A DNA stretch of 63,786 bases, filler included, from Octopus bimaculoides (Eukaryota), in the NCBI RefSeq assembly GCF_001194135.2. It is 7 parts of 6 records of this genome, joined end to end, with 100 filler letters (N's around TTAATTAATTAA, not from the genome) between each part and the next. Parts side by side here need not be neighbours in the genome. Positions count along the whole stretch, not along the records: positions 10,356 to 34,908 come from NC_069001.1; 6 more parts are not named here. One strand, given 5' to 3'. The stretch's first letter is position 1. Each line of letters begins with the position of its first letter. The notes below the pieces were generated by a model. It did no database searches. It was not told the origin of the DNA and saw only the letters and a list, made by a program, of their open reading frames with translations. The translations under genes and the position numbers were made by a program. Positions 12,055 to 25,500 of the stretch are shown in pieces.

Positions 12055-13629
12055 NNNNNNNNNNNNNNNNNNNNNNNNNNNNNNNNNNNNNNNNNNNNNN
12101 NNNNNNNNNNNNNNNNNNNNNNNNNNNNNNNNNNNNNNNNNNNNNNNNNNNNNNNNNNNNNNNNNNNNNNNNNNNNNNNNNNNNNNNNNNNNNNNNNNNN
12201 NNNNNNNNNNNNNNNNNNNNNNNNNNNNNNNNNNNNNNNNNNNNNNNNNNNNNNNNNNNNNNNNNNNNNNNNNNNNNNNNATATATAGTTCAAATTTACA
12301 GAAAACAAGATGTAGACAGGTGAAGGAACAACAAGCAGCTGTATTAGTTTGACACTCAGGAAGAATGATAAAGTCTTAGATGTCTCAAGCCTGCACTCTT
12401 TGACAGGATGAGTTGAGAGGGGAAAATGATAGAGAGAGAACTAAAAAAAAATAGAAGGAAAAAAATATGTGTAGGAATTAATGAAAACTGGAAACGGATT
12501 GAAATGATCAAAAATTGAATCAAACATCTATATATTATAAAATGTATTACATGGAAAGAATCTTCATCAAAAATATAAGGTTTATGTATCATATTTAAGA
12601 TTTTCAACAACTGCAAAATTTTCCCAAAAAAATTAAGTTTCCAATTATATGGTAACATTTACGTTCTTACAAAATTCATTGGAAAAAATGAATGTATGTA
12701 GTTTTTGTTTAATTAATTAGTGAAAGTTATCAAAAGGTGAAATCTTAAGGTAAGCTTGTTTTTGTTGTTTACTTACGTGTCGAGGATTACCATATATCAG
12801 GTAAATACAATAACTTAATTTGATATCTTTTGTTATATACAAATAGGCTCTATACCACCACCACCACCCACACACACACACCCACGTAATCTTCAGAAAT
12901 TCTCTACAATCCTAGTTAGAAGGAATATCTTCCATGAAAATACTTCTGTAAAGACAAATCAATCAATACATATTTAAAATACCTTTTCTTCCCATCCACT
13001 CTCCATCACCTCTCTCACTTTCCCTGTCTCCATATATATATATTTGTATATGTAGGTATTGTATGAGTAAATAGATATATGTATGTATGTATATGCATAT
13101 AAAATTTATATATCCTTCCATCTTTACTAGGATTGTTTTTGTACTTTGAGTATTTCTCGTCACCTCTCCCTGTTCTCTCTCTCTTTCTCTCTCTCTCTCA
13201 ACCTACTCTGTATATAAATATATGTGTATATGTATACGCAGATAGATAAGGCTGCTTTGTACTCTGAGTATCTCTTCATCTCTCCCTCTCCTCCTCTCAC
13301 TCAACCTACTTGCCCTCATCCTTCATACACTCTACTCCCAAATCTACTTCTCCCCTCTCATATATTCACTAAACCTCCATTCCCCATTTACCCTCCTCTC
13401 TCTTCCTCCTTCCCCCTCCTTTCTCTGTCTTCCATCAGCTCCTACTTCTCAGCCTCCTCTCCCTCCGCTTATTCTCTTTCCCCTCACAAATTCATTTGCT
13501 CCCCCCTCTTACCCTTCACTTTCTCTCCACTCTCACCTCCACTTGCTCTCCCCATTTGCCCTTCACTTGTTCTTCTCTCTCACACAAGACCACCACAAAT
13601 AACAGACCCAGAGTGGTCACCACTGTTGC

Positions 13630-14890
13630 AAAACTGGCAACCAAACCAGTTCTTCTGATAAATACCAGAGGCCACCTACAAAGCAAAAGTAAGCACATAA
13701 TTGCATCCATGAGGGATCTTTCTGCATCCAGTCAAGCAATATACATTGCACTTATGGAGATACATCTGTTTGCAGACTTCTACAAGTGCATGAAAGTGTC
13801 TGCCTCAGTACACTACAAGATGGAACCACTCTTTGAAGAAGATAACTCACTAACTGCAGACAACCAGAAGGATAAGTGAAGTGCTAAATAAACAATACCA
13901 AAGCATCTTCACCTACCCACTGGAGAATATGCAAATAAGCAAACCTGAAGAGTTTTTCAAAACTGAAGATCATCATCATCATCATTGTCGTTTAACGTCC
14001 ACTTTCCGTGCTGGCATGGGTTGGACGGTTTAACTGAAGACTGGTGAGCCAGAGGCTGCACCAGGCTCAATCTGATTTGGCAAAGTTTCTACAGCTGGAT
14101 GCCCTTCCTAATGCCAACTACTCCAAGAGTGTAGTGGGTGCTTTCTACATGGGAAAGAGGCAACCATTGATTACATTGACATAAAAGAACAAGGTATAAC
14201 ATCGGCCATTAATGAGGTGAACTCAAACTCAGCAACTGACTGAGAGGGATTTTCAGTTGTTTTTTTAAAGACATCCAAGAAAGCTCTTGCAAAACCACTG
14301 CAGATACATTTTCAGAGTTACTTTGCATGTGGTAAGCTTCATAAATTGTTAAGAGAAGGTATAATATGGTCTGTCCATAAAGGAGGAAGCAGAGCAGATG
14401 CTAAAAATTACAGGCCTTTCTCTCTGACTCCACATGTTAACAAGGTCATGGAACACTTTGTCAGAAGGTGGCTGATCACATTCCTGGGAGAAAATAACTT
14501 GCTCACAAACATACAACACTGCTTCCATCCTGGGAGGAGCTACCTCACACAACTACTACTGAAACAGCAGCTTAACCACTTAAATGTGGATGTCATATAT
14601 GTTGACTTTGCCAAGGCCTTTGAAAAAGATGATCTTGAGATGACATGTCACAAACTGTATGACCTTGGCATCACTGGAAAACCCAGTGCTGTAAGAATTT
14701 GGGTTTCAACAATCTGCAACTGTTCAACATTCTGCTGAACAACCTCAGAGATTTGTGAGGTGTAGATATGGAGGTCTTCAAAGAGAATCAGGATAAATTT
14801 TTATCTGAAATACCAAATGAATCCACATTGCTGCAGGAGGCACAAAGCAGAACACCTCCATCCAACTCACTACTTCACCAAAAACAGCAC
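13630..14890 (+). mobile_element. CR1-like LINE ORF2 relic with large internal deletions, interrupted by an RTE tail
   Basis: LLINTRG...IALMEIHL (APE endonuclease start); FYKC...MEPL...ISEVLNKQYQSIFT linker; HKGGSRADAKNYRPFSLT and DVIYVDFAKAF RT motifs; QLFNIL..LRD.GVDMEVFK...DKFLSEIPNE...SNSLLHQ C-terminus. Confidence 0.82.
13971..14140 (-). mobile_element. RTE LINE 3' tail inserted in the CR1-like element
   Basis: Reverse complement of the RTE 3' UTR with (GAT)n tail. Confidence 0.8.
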
Positions 14891-14984
14891 AGAAAAGAAA
14901 TTCAAACACACTGAAAAGCAATGTTCCAGCATGGCCCCAACTTCTGACTGAAACCAGTAAAAATAAAAAATATACATATATATA

Positions 14985-15142
14985 ACTACACTCTCTGAGT
15001 GGTTGGCATTAGGAAGGGCATCCAGCTGTAGAAACTCTGCCAAATCAGATTGGAGCCTGGTGTAGCCATCTAGTTTCACCAGTCCTCAGTCAAATCGTCC
15101 AGCCCATGCTAGCATGGAAAGCGGACGTTAAACGATGATGAT
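14985..15142 (+). mobile_element. RTE LINE 3' tail
   Basis: actacactctctgagtggttggcattaggaagggcatccagc...gcggacgttaaacgatgatgat. Confidence 0.8.
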
Positions 15143-16224
15143 CACATATGTGCATGTGTGTGTGTATATATGTGCATGTGTACGTATTTATAAATGTGCA
15201 TATGTGCATGTATATGTGTGTGTGTGTGTATGTGTGTGTGTGTGTGGAAGGAATGTGATGTGTGAATAGAGAAGGTATGCAGTACTTGTCCAGACAAAAA
15301 CGATAATAATAATTATTAAAGATAAAATGTAAATGATTTCGAACTCATTATAAAAATACTAATTTAATGCATGGATTTCAATGTATAATTCAGTAAGTGG
15401 CTATTTTCTTTAATGTCAGACCAGCACAATATCTGCTTCCTTTCAAGTTCAATGAATACACTAATTAATGCCATTAATCACACATGCCATGATTTCAGTT
15501 GCATAATACATAAAATGTAGTTGAAACGTAGGCAGAAATTAAAACTGCTTTTATTATGTGTCATTATAGAGTGAGAAGAGAGGGGGGGGAGAGAGGGAGA
15601 TAGGGAGACAGAGAGAGAGTATGTGTTTGTTTGCTTCATTGCTCAGGTGTTTGCCTCAATTGACTAAAGTGATTGTATCAGACGTTATTTCATGTGTAAA
15701 ATAACAATAATGAACATATTACTACAGTAAATTAAATTTTGGGTAAGTTTAGAAAAGAGAGAAAAGTAAACACATTAAGAAGGAGTTTGGGGACCTAACT
15801 TGTTCTGGTTTAACACCACCACTTTTTTTGTGTTTGGTATGGAAAACCAAGTCTTCCCTCTGTCACAAGCATTCATTCCGTGTCTCAGGCCTAAGAATAA
15901 CATCTCACCACTGACAATGATTTCCCTAACACATCTGACTAAGATGTAAAAATATAAAAGGCCTTCTGGCTTAGCTATTTGCAACTGTGAAATGAAAGAG
16001 AAATGAGTTAACATATGGTGACATATGATAAATTTATGTAAATTTTGATAGTGTAAGATAAGTGAAATGATATAAATTCATGCTAGGTAATTAAAATCCA
16101 TGTAATTTGTGTTGGCAATAGGTTACAAAGCTTACTAAGGGAATTGCAATGATAAGAACAAGGCTTTGATTATGGAAATGGCTGTTGTTCTCTTCTTTTC
16201 TTCTTCTTATTATAATTATAATTA

Positions 16225-16464
16225 TAATTATAATTATTAGGGCCATGAGCTGGCACAGTTGTTACTGCATTGGACAAAATGTTTAGCAGCGTTTCTTCTT
16301 GTTTTACATTTGAAATTCAAACTCTGCTTAGATAGACTTTGCCTTTCTACCTTTCAGGGCTGATAAAGTGCCAGTAGTTGAATACTAGGGTTGATGAAAT
16401 TGACTAGCTCCCCTCTCCTCAAATTTCAGGCTTTGTACCTATAGTAGAAAGGATGATGAGAATG

Positions 16465-16499
<35 letters not shown>

Positions 16500-17125
16500 G
16501 GCAGCAACCTGGCAGAATAGAAGTGTTAGCATGCCCAGCAAAATGCTTAGTAGCATTTCAGGCCTTGTGGTGCTTTTAGTAGAAAGGATTATTATTATGT
16601 TTGGCTTTTGTTTTGTATTGTTCACCCAGAGACCTCAAGAGACAAGTCAGAGGTTCAAGTCAGTATTATGACTATTATTATCATCATCATCATCATCATC
16701 ATCATTATTTAAGGTGACAAACAAGCTGAATCAGTCCCGTGTCATACAAAATACTTTCTGCCCTGAGTTCAAATCCCACCACAGTCATCATTGTCTTTCA
16801 TCCTTTCATGGTTGCTAAATTAAATATCCATTGAGTACCAGGAACAATGTAATCAACTTAACCCCTCTTCTAAAAATTGCTTGCCTTGCACAATCAGCAG
16901 ATTGCTATTATCATTATTAGGCTGCGGGCTGGCTGAATTGTTTGCATGATGGGAAAAATGCTTGGCGGCATTTCATTCATTCCTACATTCTGAGTTCAAA
17001 TTCCACCCAAGTTGACTTTGCCTTTCATCTTTTCAGAGTCGATGAAATAAGCTCCAGTTATGCACTGCGGTCGATATAATCGATTAACCCACCAACTTTC
17101 AGGCCTTGTGTCTATAGCAGAAAAG

Positions 17126-17170
<45 letters not shown>
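16225..17170 (+). mobile_element. Tandem cluster of about four SINE copies separated by (TTA)n/(TCA)n
   Basis: Repeated ggcagaat.gttagc...ttctgagttcaaatt...gactttgcctttcatc...ggccttgtg units, each followed by triplet repeats. Confidence 0.7.
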
Positions 17171-17175
<5 letters not shown>

Positions 17176-17384
17176 AACATAAGAAGTGTGTGATGTGATT
17201 TGTAATAGAAATTGACTGTGTTCATTGAATTGAAGGAACTCAAAGAATCCTTTCAATTCATTTGATTCAATAAACAGAGTCGATCTCTATTACAAATCAT
17301 TTCACACTCTTTGCATTTTTCTATTTTCCTTTGTAAAGAAATGTGTCAATCTTCATAAATTATCATTGTTATTATTATTAGTAG

Positions 17385-17557
17385 TATTGATTTGACTTTA
17401 TGTGGGTACCTGTAACCTTAGGTGTCCACAAGATTTCAGTAGCCTTTCAAATGCTTAAAGCCTTCCTGATAATCATTCCTCTCCCTAAGATGCAAACTTT
17501 CTGTAAAAGCTCCACAGGACATTCAATACCAATCTCCTCAACCATTTGTCAATTCTT
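17385..17557 (-). mobile_element. R4/Dong-like LINE 3' end in TAA repeats
   Basis: EIGIECPVELLQKVCILGRGMIIRKALSI*; TAA/CAA repeats on both sides. Confidence 0.6.
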
Positions 17558-17570
17558 TATTATTATTATT

Positions 17571-17613
<43 letters not shown>

Positions 17614-17615
<2 letters not shown>

Positions 17616-17982
17616 GGCTCTTGTGCGGGTGGCACATGAGATGCACCATTTTGAGCGTGGCCGTTGCCAGTACTGCCTGACTGGCTCCCGTAGGATTTTC
17701 GAGCGAAATCGTTGCCAGTGCCCCTGGACTGGCTTGTGCGGGTGGCACATAAAAGACACCATTTCGAGCGGGGCCGTTTTCGTGCGAGTGACACGTAAAA
17801 GCACCCACTGCACTCACTGAGTGGTTGGCTTTAGGAAGGGCATCCAGCTGTAGAAACTCTGCCAAATTAGATTGGAGCCTGGTGTTGCCATCTGGTTTCA
17901 CCAGTCCTCAGTCAAATCGTCCAACCCATGCAGGCATGGAAAGCGGACGTTAAACGATGATGATGATGATGATGATGATGAT
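17614..17982 (+). mobile_element. RTE LINE 3' UTR with (GAT)n tail
   Basis: Near-consensus copy including the internal repeated ggcacat/cacgtaaaa modules. Confidence 0.82.
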
Positions 17983-18019
17983 TTTTATTATTATTGTTAT
18001 TATCATTATGATTATTATT

Positions 18020-18238
18020 CAGTAGTTTTATTTTTATAGCGTGCTTTCACTTCACTACCGAGCGCAGCTCTGTGTGCCTTGGGTATGTGCTGTGGTTTGC
18101 TGTGGTTTGCTGTGGTGCTCTTATGGTTACTGTATTGAAAGTGTTTTGCGTAGGATGTGTGCAGTGCCCAGTAGTGCAATTTTCTGTATGTTATATATAT
18201 TTGTAAGTCCTGGTGTTTCTGTTATGTATTTGTCTGAA

Positions 18239-18242
<4 letters not shown>
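18020..18242 (-). mobile_element. R4/Dong-like LINE 3' end in TAA repeats
   Basis: ITETPGLTNIYNIQKIALLGTAHILRKTLSIQ*; (TAA)n on both sides. Confidence 0.75.
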
Positions 18243-18273
<31 letters not shown>

Positions 18274-18397
18274 TAAAGAAGGGCAAAGAACTTGTAGAAA
18301 TAGTAAGGTGCCTTACAAAATATGGATTTTGTTTTATACGGATATACACATATACATATATCTATGTACACACAATACATACAAATACAAATATATA

Positions 18398-19280
18398 CAC
18401 AGTGGTATCAAAACATTCTCAGACTAGTTCTGTAGTGTGCCAATAGATGACAGCACATGGTTGTGAGCACCATGAGAGCTAGAAGTGACTTTCATGAGGC
18501 AGTGTATTGAGTGACATTGCTGTGTTTACTTCACAAGTTGTGAAATTTGTGTTTTTGTGATCAAGTGTATGCTGTTGTCTGCGATTCTGTCATGGACAGG
18601 AAGTTGGAAGAAAGAGCCAACATGAAATTTTGCATTAAACTTGGGAAGTCTGCTACAGAGACATTGGCAATGGGGCAATGGGTCTTATGCAATGTTTCAA
18701 GTGACATGGGTGCTTAAAAAGTGGAAGAATGTCCTTGGAAGATGATGAGCAATCTGGAAGACTTGCCATGAACATCACCCCCAGAAATATGGTATTGTGC
18801 ATCAAAGCCAGACTGTCATTCAAGAGTTTTATTATGATATTTGAAATATTTGAGGAAGGACATTTGGCAACATCAACGGGATCTGTGGAACACACAGAAT
18901 TGGGTTCTTCATGACAACAATACACCCTGTTACCTAGCTTTCCTCATTCATGAGTTTCTTGACAAAAACATAGTATCGCTTCTGTACCCCTCCCTATTCA
19001 CCAGATTTAGCATCTGCAGACTTCCATCTCTTCTCCAAAATGAAAAGGCAGCTCAAAACTCACCATTTTAACACTGTTGCTGAGATCAAGAGCAAATCAC
19101 AGAAGCTCCTCAACTTGCTTATGGAAAACAGCTTCCAGACTGGATTCCAAAAATAGCAGGAATGTTGGAATTGGTGTAATGCTACACAAGGTGACTATTT
19201 CAAAGGAGATGATGTTAAAACTTAGGTAAATGAGTTTTTATTAAACATAACTTGTCCAGGAACTTTTTGATACCACCTCA
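18398..19280 (+). mobile_element. Internally deleted mariner (irritans-like) relic
   Basis: MDRKLEERANMKFCIKLGKSATET...SLEDDEQSGR; TIR core GTGGTATCAAAA at both ends; TA flanks. Confidence 0.75.
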
Positions 19281-19531
19281 TATATGAGGACAGGGTAAGT
19301 GAAGGAAAAAGGTGACCAAAAGAGGTAGGAAAGAAAAGATATTTTAAATGTGGAATTCTGTTGCATTTCGCTACGTTTTACTTCCAAATTCCACTAAAGT
19401 CAGCTTTTGTCTTTTGTCCACCAGGAGATGAGAAAATAAACACCTCTCAAAAGCTTTTAAAATGTTCTTTTTACATTCTGTAGAACTTCAATTCTTTGCC
19501 TGCCCAAAGTATTCTCTTAAGTTTGTTTTAA

Positions 19532-19751
19532 CCCTTTAGCATTCACATTATTCTCTCAAAAGTAATGCTTGTTTATTTACACTATTTTGAATTAATCATG
19601 CATTATGTTGTAGCTTTTAGATTTTGAAGAGGTATCTATTAATTTTTAGAACGATAATGCAGGGTTCATGTGGGAGGCCAGATCAGGCCAATTCGAACAT
19701 AAAACATGTACAATATTTTGGCCAGATATGGCCGGTTTAAATGCTAATGGG
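19532..19751. mobile_element. piggyBac-like MITE, copy 2
   Basis: TTAA-CCCTTTAGCATT...AATGCTAATGGG-TTAA. Confidence 0.75.
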
Positions 19752-19946
19752 TTAAACATTCATACTTGTTTTCAGACTTTTTAGTTAGCTCTTGTTTCAT
19801 ATTTTCTGAGTAATATAAAGCTTTCCTTTCATAAGTCTCATGTTACTCTAGTGGTTGAAAAAGAAATTGTGGATATGCACCATATATGATACATGAACAC
19901 CAGTGAAATATGTGCTGTGTATCAGATGTAATATATATGTATATAT

Positions 19947-20002
<56 letters not shown>

Positions 20003-20003
<1 letters not shown>

Positions 20004-20630
20004 TTAGATTCGAGGTGAATATGGTACACAAGCTTAGGCACCAGCATTAAGTATGGTATTATCCATATAACTCCAAAATAAGGTGATTAAAATCAAATTA
20101 AGCAACAAGGATATCCAAAGTTAATGCAGTACGATCGTTTCATGCGACTCCATTTATTTAAGCAATGTGAACATTATATCAAATGTAAAATGCAGAGCAA
20201 TCCTCAGCTGCACAAAGAAATAGAAATTTACTGAAATTTCATTTCAACAGAAGGACATATTTTTATAACTACATTTAAACTCTCCAAGTAGAAAGGAAGA
20301 ATACAAAAAAAAACATTTTGACTTAGCCAGACCATACAGGCTAGTAATTAATTCTAAGAATTAATTACTAGCCTGTAGAATTAATTACTAGCCTGGCTAA
20401 ATCAAAATGGTTTTTTGTATTCTTCCTTTCTACTTGGAGAGTTTAGATGTAGTTATAAAAATATGTCTTTCTGTTGAAATGAAATTTCAGTAAATTTCTA
20501 TATCTTTGTGCCACTGAAGATCGCTCTGCATTTTACATTTAATGTAATGTTCACATTGCTTAAATAAATGGAGTCGCATGAAACGATCGTACTGCATTAA
20601 CTTTGGATATCCTTGTTGCTTATTTTGATT
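20003..20630. mobile_element. Foldback element with ~240-bp inverted arms, between (TA)n tracts
   Basis: 20091-20330 is the reverse complement of about 20393-20630 with scattered mismatches. The left terminal segment recurs at 60711-60853. Confidence 0.8.
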
Positions 20631-20936
20631 ATATATATATATATATAATATTTTTATTTGTGTTGTTAAATGTTTTAATTCGGTCTGTTTTCTTCGCATA
20701 CTGTTTTTCTCTGTTATATTGGTGCGCTACAGTGGATTATTTAAGACTTGGCTCTTATTTCTAGCAGGTAGATGCTCATTAAGCATCATTACGATATTTC
20801 ATAGCTCGATAAAGCTATCATAACTGCGTTCCACCAATGCTACTACTGGTGATATCATCAAATTTTGAATTTATCCACAGATGATATGAACAGTAGTGAC
20901 ATCTAACTTCAAATCTCAGTGTTTGAATATTTCATT

Positions 20937-20977
<41 letters not shown>

Positions 20978-21233
20978 AGGACAGGTAAAGATTTAAAGCA
21001 TGTTCTGATGTTGATGGAGATGTACACCATAACACCGTAACACTTTCAAGTCAGGGAAGGGAAAGATTTTTCAATGCCTTATAGTGCTACTGGGTGATAT
21101 GGATATGAAGTGAGTGTGCATGGATGCATGCATGTGTGAATATAAATTCCTGGCTGGAGTTTTGTCCCCTCAAATCCACTGAACTATTTTATATTACATA
21201 TAGTTCTATATGTAACTAACTACATGTTTTTAA

Positions 21234-21435
21234 ACCTTCAGTATTCAGATTACAGTTTCAAACATAATGCTTTATGTATTTACATCATTTTAAATTAACC
21301 ATGCATTACTCCGTAGCTTTGAGATTTCAATGATGTGATTGTTTATTTTTAAAATGACTCTGTAGAGTAGGTGTGAAAGGCCAAATATGGCCAGTTTGAA
21401 GATAAACAGATATGGCCAGTTTAAATGCTAAAGGG
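21234..21435. mobile_element. piggyBac-like MITE, copy 3
   Basis: TTAA flanks; right end aatgctaaaggg; internal homology to copy 2. Confidence 0.7.
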
Positions 21436-22016
21436 TTAAGTAATTTCCACAATGACCACACACTTTTTTTAAATGGTTCTGAGGTTTCAAGAACACTCAA
21501 ATTGAAGGGCACTGCTTCTTTGCAATTTAGGGATAAACTCTATTATCTAAAGAGTTTATCACCAAATTGCAGCCAGTCTAATTAACATGATGTGATGTGG
21601 GGGAAAGGGTGGAGGTGCAAAAGTTCGACCACAACCATTTAGTGTATTCAATGATTACTAATAACTTTTCACTGCTTGATGGCCGAAGAATCAGCTTTTT
21701 CCCCACCAATTCTAATGAAATTCTTCAAGTGGTACCTTTAGTGGAATGTAAGAGTCCAGTTGTTATTCTGTTATTAAATGGCAAATCTTCTGTATAAGCT
21801 GATATTGTATATCAGGTAATACTTTCAGATAATCTGCTCGTTCTTCTTAAGCATTAAGAGAACTGATGTAATATAAAAAAGAATTGTCAGCAAAACCTTT
21901 GTAAGGTCAACAATGAATTCCTCATCTAATACTTGATTCAGTTTATCATTTATGCTCCCTATTTTTATAGTATTTTTCCATAATGCATGACACAAAGTTT
22001 AATCGCCATCCAACGT

Positions 22017-22270
22017 ATCATCATCATCATTATCGTTTAACGTCCACTTTCCATGCTAGCATGGGTTGGACGATTTGACTGAGGACTGGCAAGCCAGAAG
22101 GCTGCGCCAGGCTCCAATCTGATTTGGCAGAGTTTCTACAGCTGGATGCCCTTCCTAACACCAACCACTCCGAGAGTGTAGTGGGTGCTTTTACGTGCCA
22201 CCAGCACAAGGGCCACATGGTACTGGCAACGGCCATGCTCAAATGGTGTTTTTTACATGCCACCTGCACA
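22017..22270 (-). mobile_element. RTE LINE 3' tail
   Basis: Reverse complement of the RTE 3' UTR. An older copy lies at about 22875-23220. Confidence 0.78.
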
Positions 22271-22659
22271 GATGTTTATATATTTGGATTCAGGAATGGC
22301 TCTTTCAGTAAGAAGTTTGCATTATTGCAGCCATGTAGTGTCTGAGTCAGTCCCAGTGTGTACCATCTTGTGCAAGGTATTTCACCATAGCCTCACTTTC
22401 AATAATACTTGTGAGTGAAAACTGATGAAAGGAAACTATGCAGAAGCTCTCACAGATAAATCTTTTATCTCTTACTTGTTTTAGTCATTAGACTGCAGCT
22501 ATACTGGGGCACTGCCTTTAAAAGTTTCAGTCAAACAAATTGACCCTAGTACTTAACTTTTAACCCAGGTACTTATTCTATCAGTCCCTTTTCCCCTACC
22601 ACTAAGTTATGGGGATCTAAACACACTAACACAGGTTGTCAAGTGGTGGTAGGGTGACA

Positions 22660-22701
<42 letters not shown>

Positions 22702-23441
22702 GGTGTTCATAAGTTATCTTTACACCTTCCACAATTTATTTTGTCTGTCAAAGTCGAGACCATCCAGATGTTTTGCATGCAACCAATGGAGCCCATGTGG
22801 AAGTGTTCTGGTGTTTCTAATAAAACACCAGATATGTTTACTGGAAATGTGGGTTCAAGTCACATCGGCAGCTTTTCATCCTCATCAGTTAATGTCCGTT
22901 TTCCATGCTGGCATGGCTTGGACAGTTTAACTGAAAACTGGTAAGCTTGGGAGCCGCACCAGGTTCCAATCTGATTTGGCATGGTTTCTACAGCTGGATG
23001 TCCTTTCTAATGCCAACCACTCCAAGAGTGTAGTGGGTGCTTTTTACTTGTCACCAGCATGGATGCCAGTTATGAAACACCAGCATCAGCCATGACTATG
23101 ATCTCATTTAGCTTGACTGGTCTTTTCAAGCACAGTATATTGCCAAGGGTCTCAGTCACTTGACTCTGCCTTTGTGAGGCCCAACGTTTGAAGAGCATGC
23201 TTCACCACCTTTGAATTTTTCAAATCAAAGAGATTTTTAGCTAAATATTTACATGCTCCTATTTACAACATTATCTGTGTCAAGATAATAGAACACATAA
23301 ACATATAGACACACACATATACATATATACATACACATACATATATATTTCTAATAAGTTGTAGAGTAGACTCTGTGAAAAAAATTCAATTAGATTAATT
23401 AAGACAATCGTGTAACATTCTTGCACATCTAATTAGCACAC

Positions 23442-23478
<37 letters not shown>

Positions 23479-24239
23479 TTCTCTCTCTCTCTCTCTCCCT
23501 CTCTCTTTCTCTCTCTCTCCCTCTCTCTTTCTCTCTCTCTCCCTCTCTCCCTCTCTCTTTCTCTCTCTCTCTTCCTCTCTCTTTCTCTCTCTCTCTTCCT
23601 CTCTCTTTCTCTCTCTCTCTCATACACATACACACAAGATTATGTGTTCACATACAAACTTTTAAACTTAGAAATCTCTGAGATAAACTTTTTCAGTACT
23701 ACATAAGCACATGCATATACATCCCTGTAGATAACCTGTACCTAAACACAACCACAAACACAAACACACACACACACACACACACACAACTCTTTACTGT
23801 CCCATACATAGACATGGTATATAATTTCTTTAACACCCTCTGCTTCACACACCCACATACACAACCATAGACACAGATATATAGACACAAATAATTGCTA
23901 GTTATGAAAATGATGATTGGAAATTTTGAATTTTTGTTGCAACAACACGCTGCCAGAAGTAATTTCTGAATTCTTTGAATGCCATGTTCAACTGTATGCC
24001 TCCATAAATTTACGAAATAATGGCAACGATATCAAAGGATTTTTGTTCTAAATTCGAATTGACACACCTCTTTCCCCCAGGTGATGAAATAGTAACTTTT
24101 ACACAGCTTTCAATATCTTAATCAAAAGAACTTTATTGTGTGTTCACTTTAATTTCCCTTGCTGCGGTCTTTGCAAAACTTTTCTACCCGCAAAAGCTGA
24201 GGTAATTACAAATTCCACACCATCTCATTGTTAGATAGA

Positions 24240-25500
24240 ATCATCATCTTCATTTACTGTGATCATCATCGTCATCGTCATCATCATCATTGCCTTCATC
24301 CACAGCATCACATTCATCATCATCATCATCGTCATCGTCGTCATCATCATCATCGTCATCATCATCGTCATCATCATCATTGCCTTCATCCACAGCATCA
24401 CATTCATCATCATCATCATCATCGTCATCATCATCATCGTCATTATCATCATCGTCATCATCATCATCGTCATCATCATCATCGTCATCATCATCATCGT
24501 CATCATCATCATTGCCNNNNNNNNNNNNNNNNNNNNNNNNNNNNNNNNNNNNNNNNNNNNNNNNNNNNNNNNNNNNNNNNNNNNNNNNNNNNNNNNNNNN
24601 NNNNNNNNNNNNNNNNNNNNNNNNNNNNNNNNNNNNNNNNNNNNNNNNNNNTCATCATCGTCATCATCATCATCGTCATCATCATCTTTGCCTTCATCCA
24701 CAGCATCACATTCATCATCATCATCGTCATCGTCGTCATCATCATCATCGTCATCATCATCATCGTCATCATCATCATCGTCATCATCATCATCGTCATC
24801 ATCATCATTGCCTTCATCCCCAGCATCACATTCATCATCATCATCGTCATCATCGTCATCATCATCATCGTCATCATCATCATCGTCATCATCATCATCG
24901 TCATCATCATCATCGTCATCATCATCTTTGCCTTCATCCACAGCATCACATTCATCATCATCATCGTCATCGTTGTCATTATTATCATCTTCATCATCAT
25001 TGTCAGTATGATTATCAGCAATTACTGTTGTTGTTGTTGTTGTCGTCGTCATCATCATCAGTGTCATCAACATTATTGTTACCATCATCATCATCATCAT
25101 CACCACATCCACTACTGCTGCCACCCCCGCCACTGCTGCCACCCCCGCCACTGCTGCCACCCCCACCACTGCTGCCACTGTCATCAGTCGTCATCACGCT
25201 ACTTCTCCTTCATCATCACCATTACACTCATCATTATCATCACTATGATAATCACCATCATCATCAACATCATCATCATCGTCATTGTCATCATGATTAT
25301 CAGCAATCATTGATGACATCATTGCGTCCTTGTTGTTGTCATCTTTACTATCATAATCGTCATCAACATTGTCTTTATCATCATCATCATCATTATCACC
25401 CTCATCATCCTCACCACCATCACCACCCTCATCAAATTCACTGCTGCTGCTGCCACTGCTGCTGCTTCCACTGACACCTTTATCCATCATCATCATGCTA
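24240..25500. repeat. (CAT/CGT)n triplet array with a higher-order unit
   Basis: gccttcatccacagcatcacatt starts at 24292, 24382, 24514 (partial), 24690, 24810 and 24930, followed by more degenerate CAT/TGT/CTG repeats. Confidence 0.9.

Noticed and set aside
21600-21960. Faint resemblance to Helitron/Pif1 helicase motifs on the minus strand
   Set aside because: Too degenerate; no continuous motif could be read.
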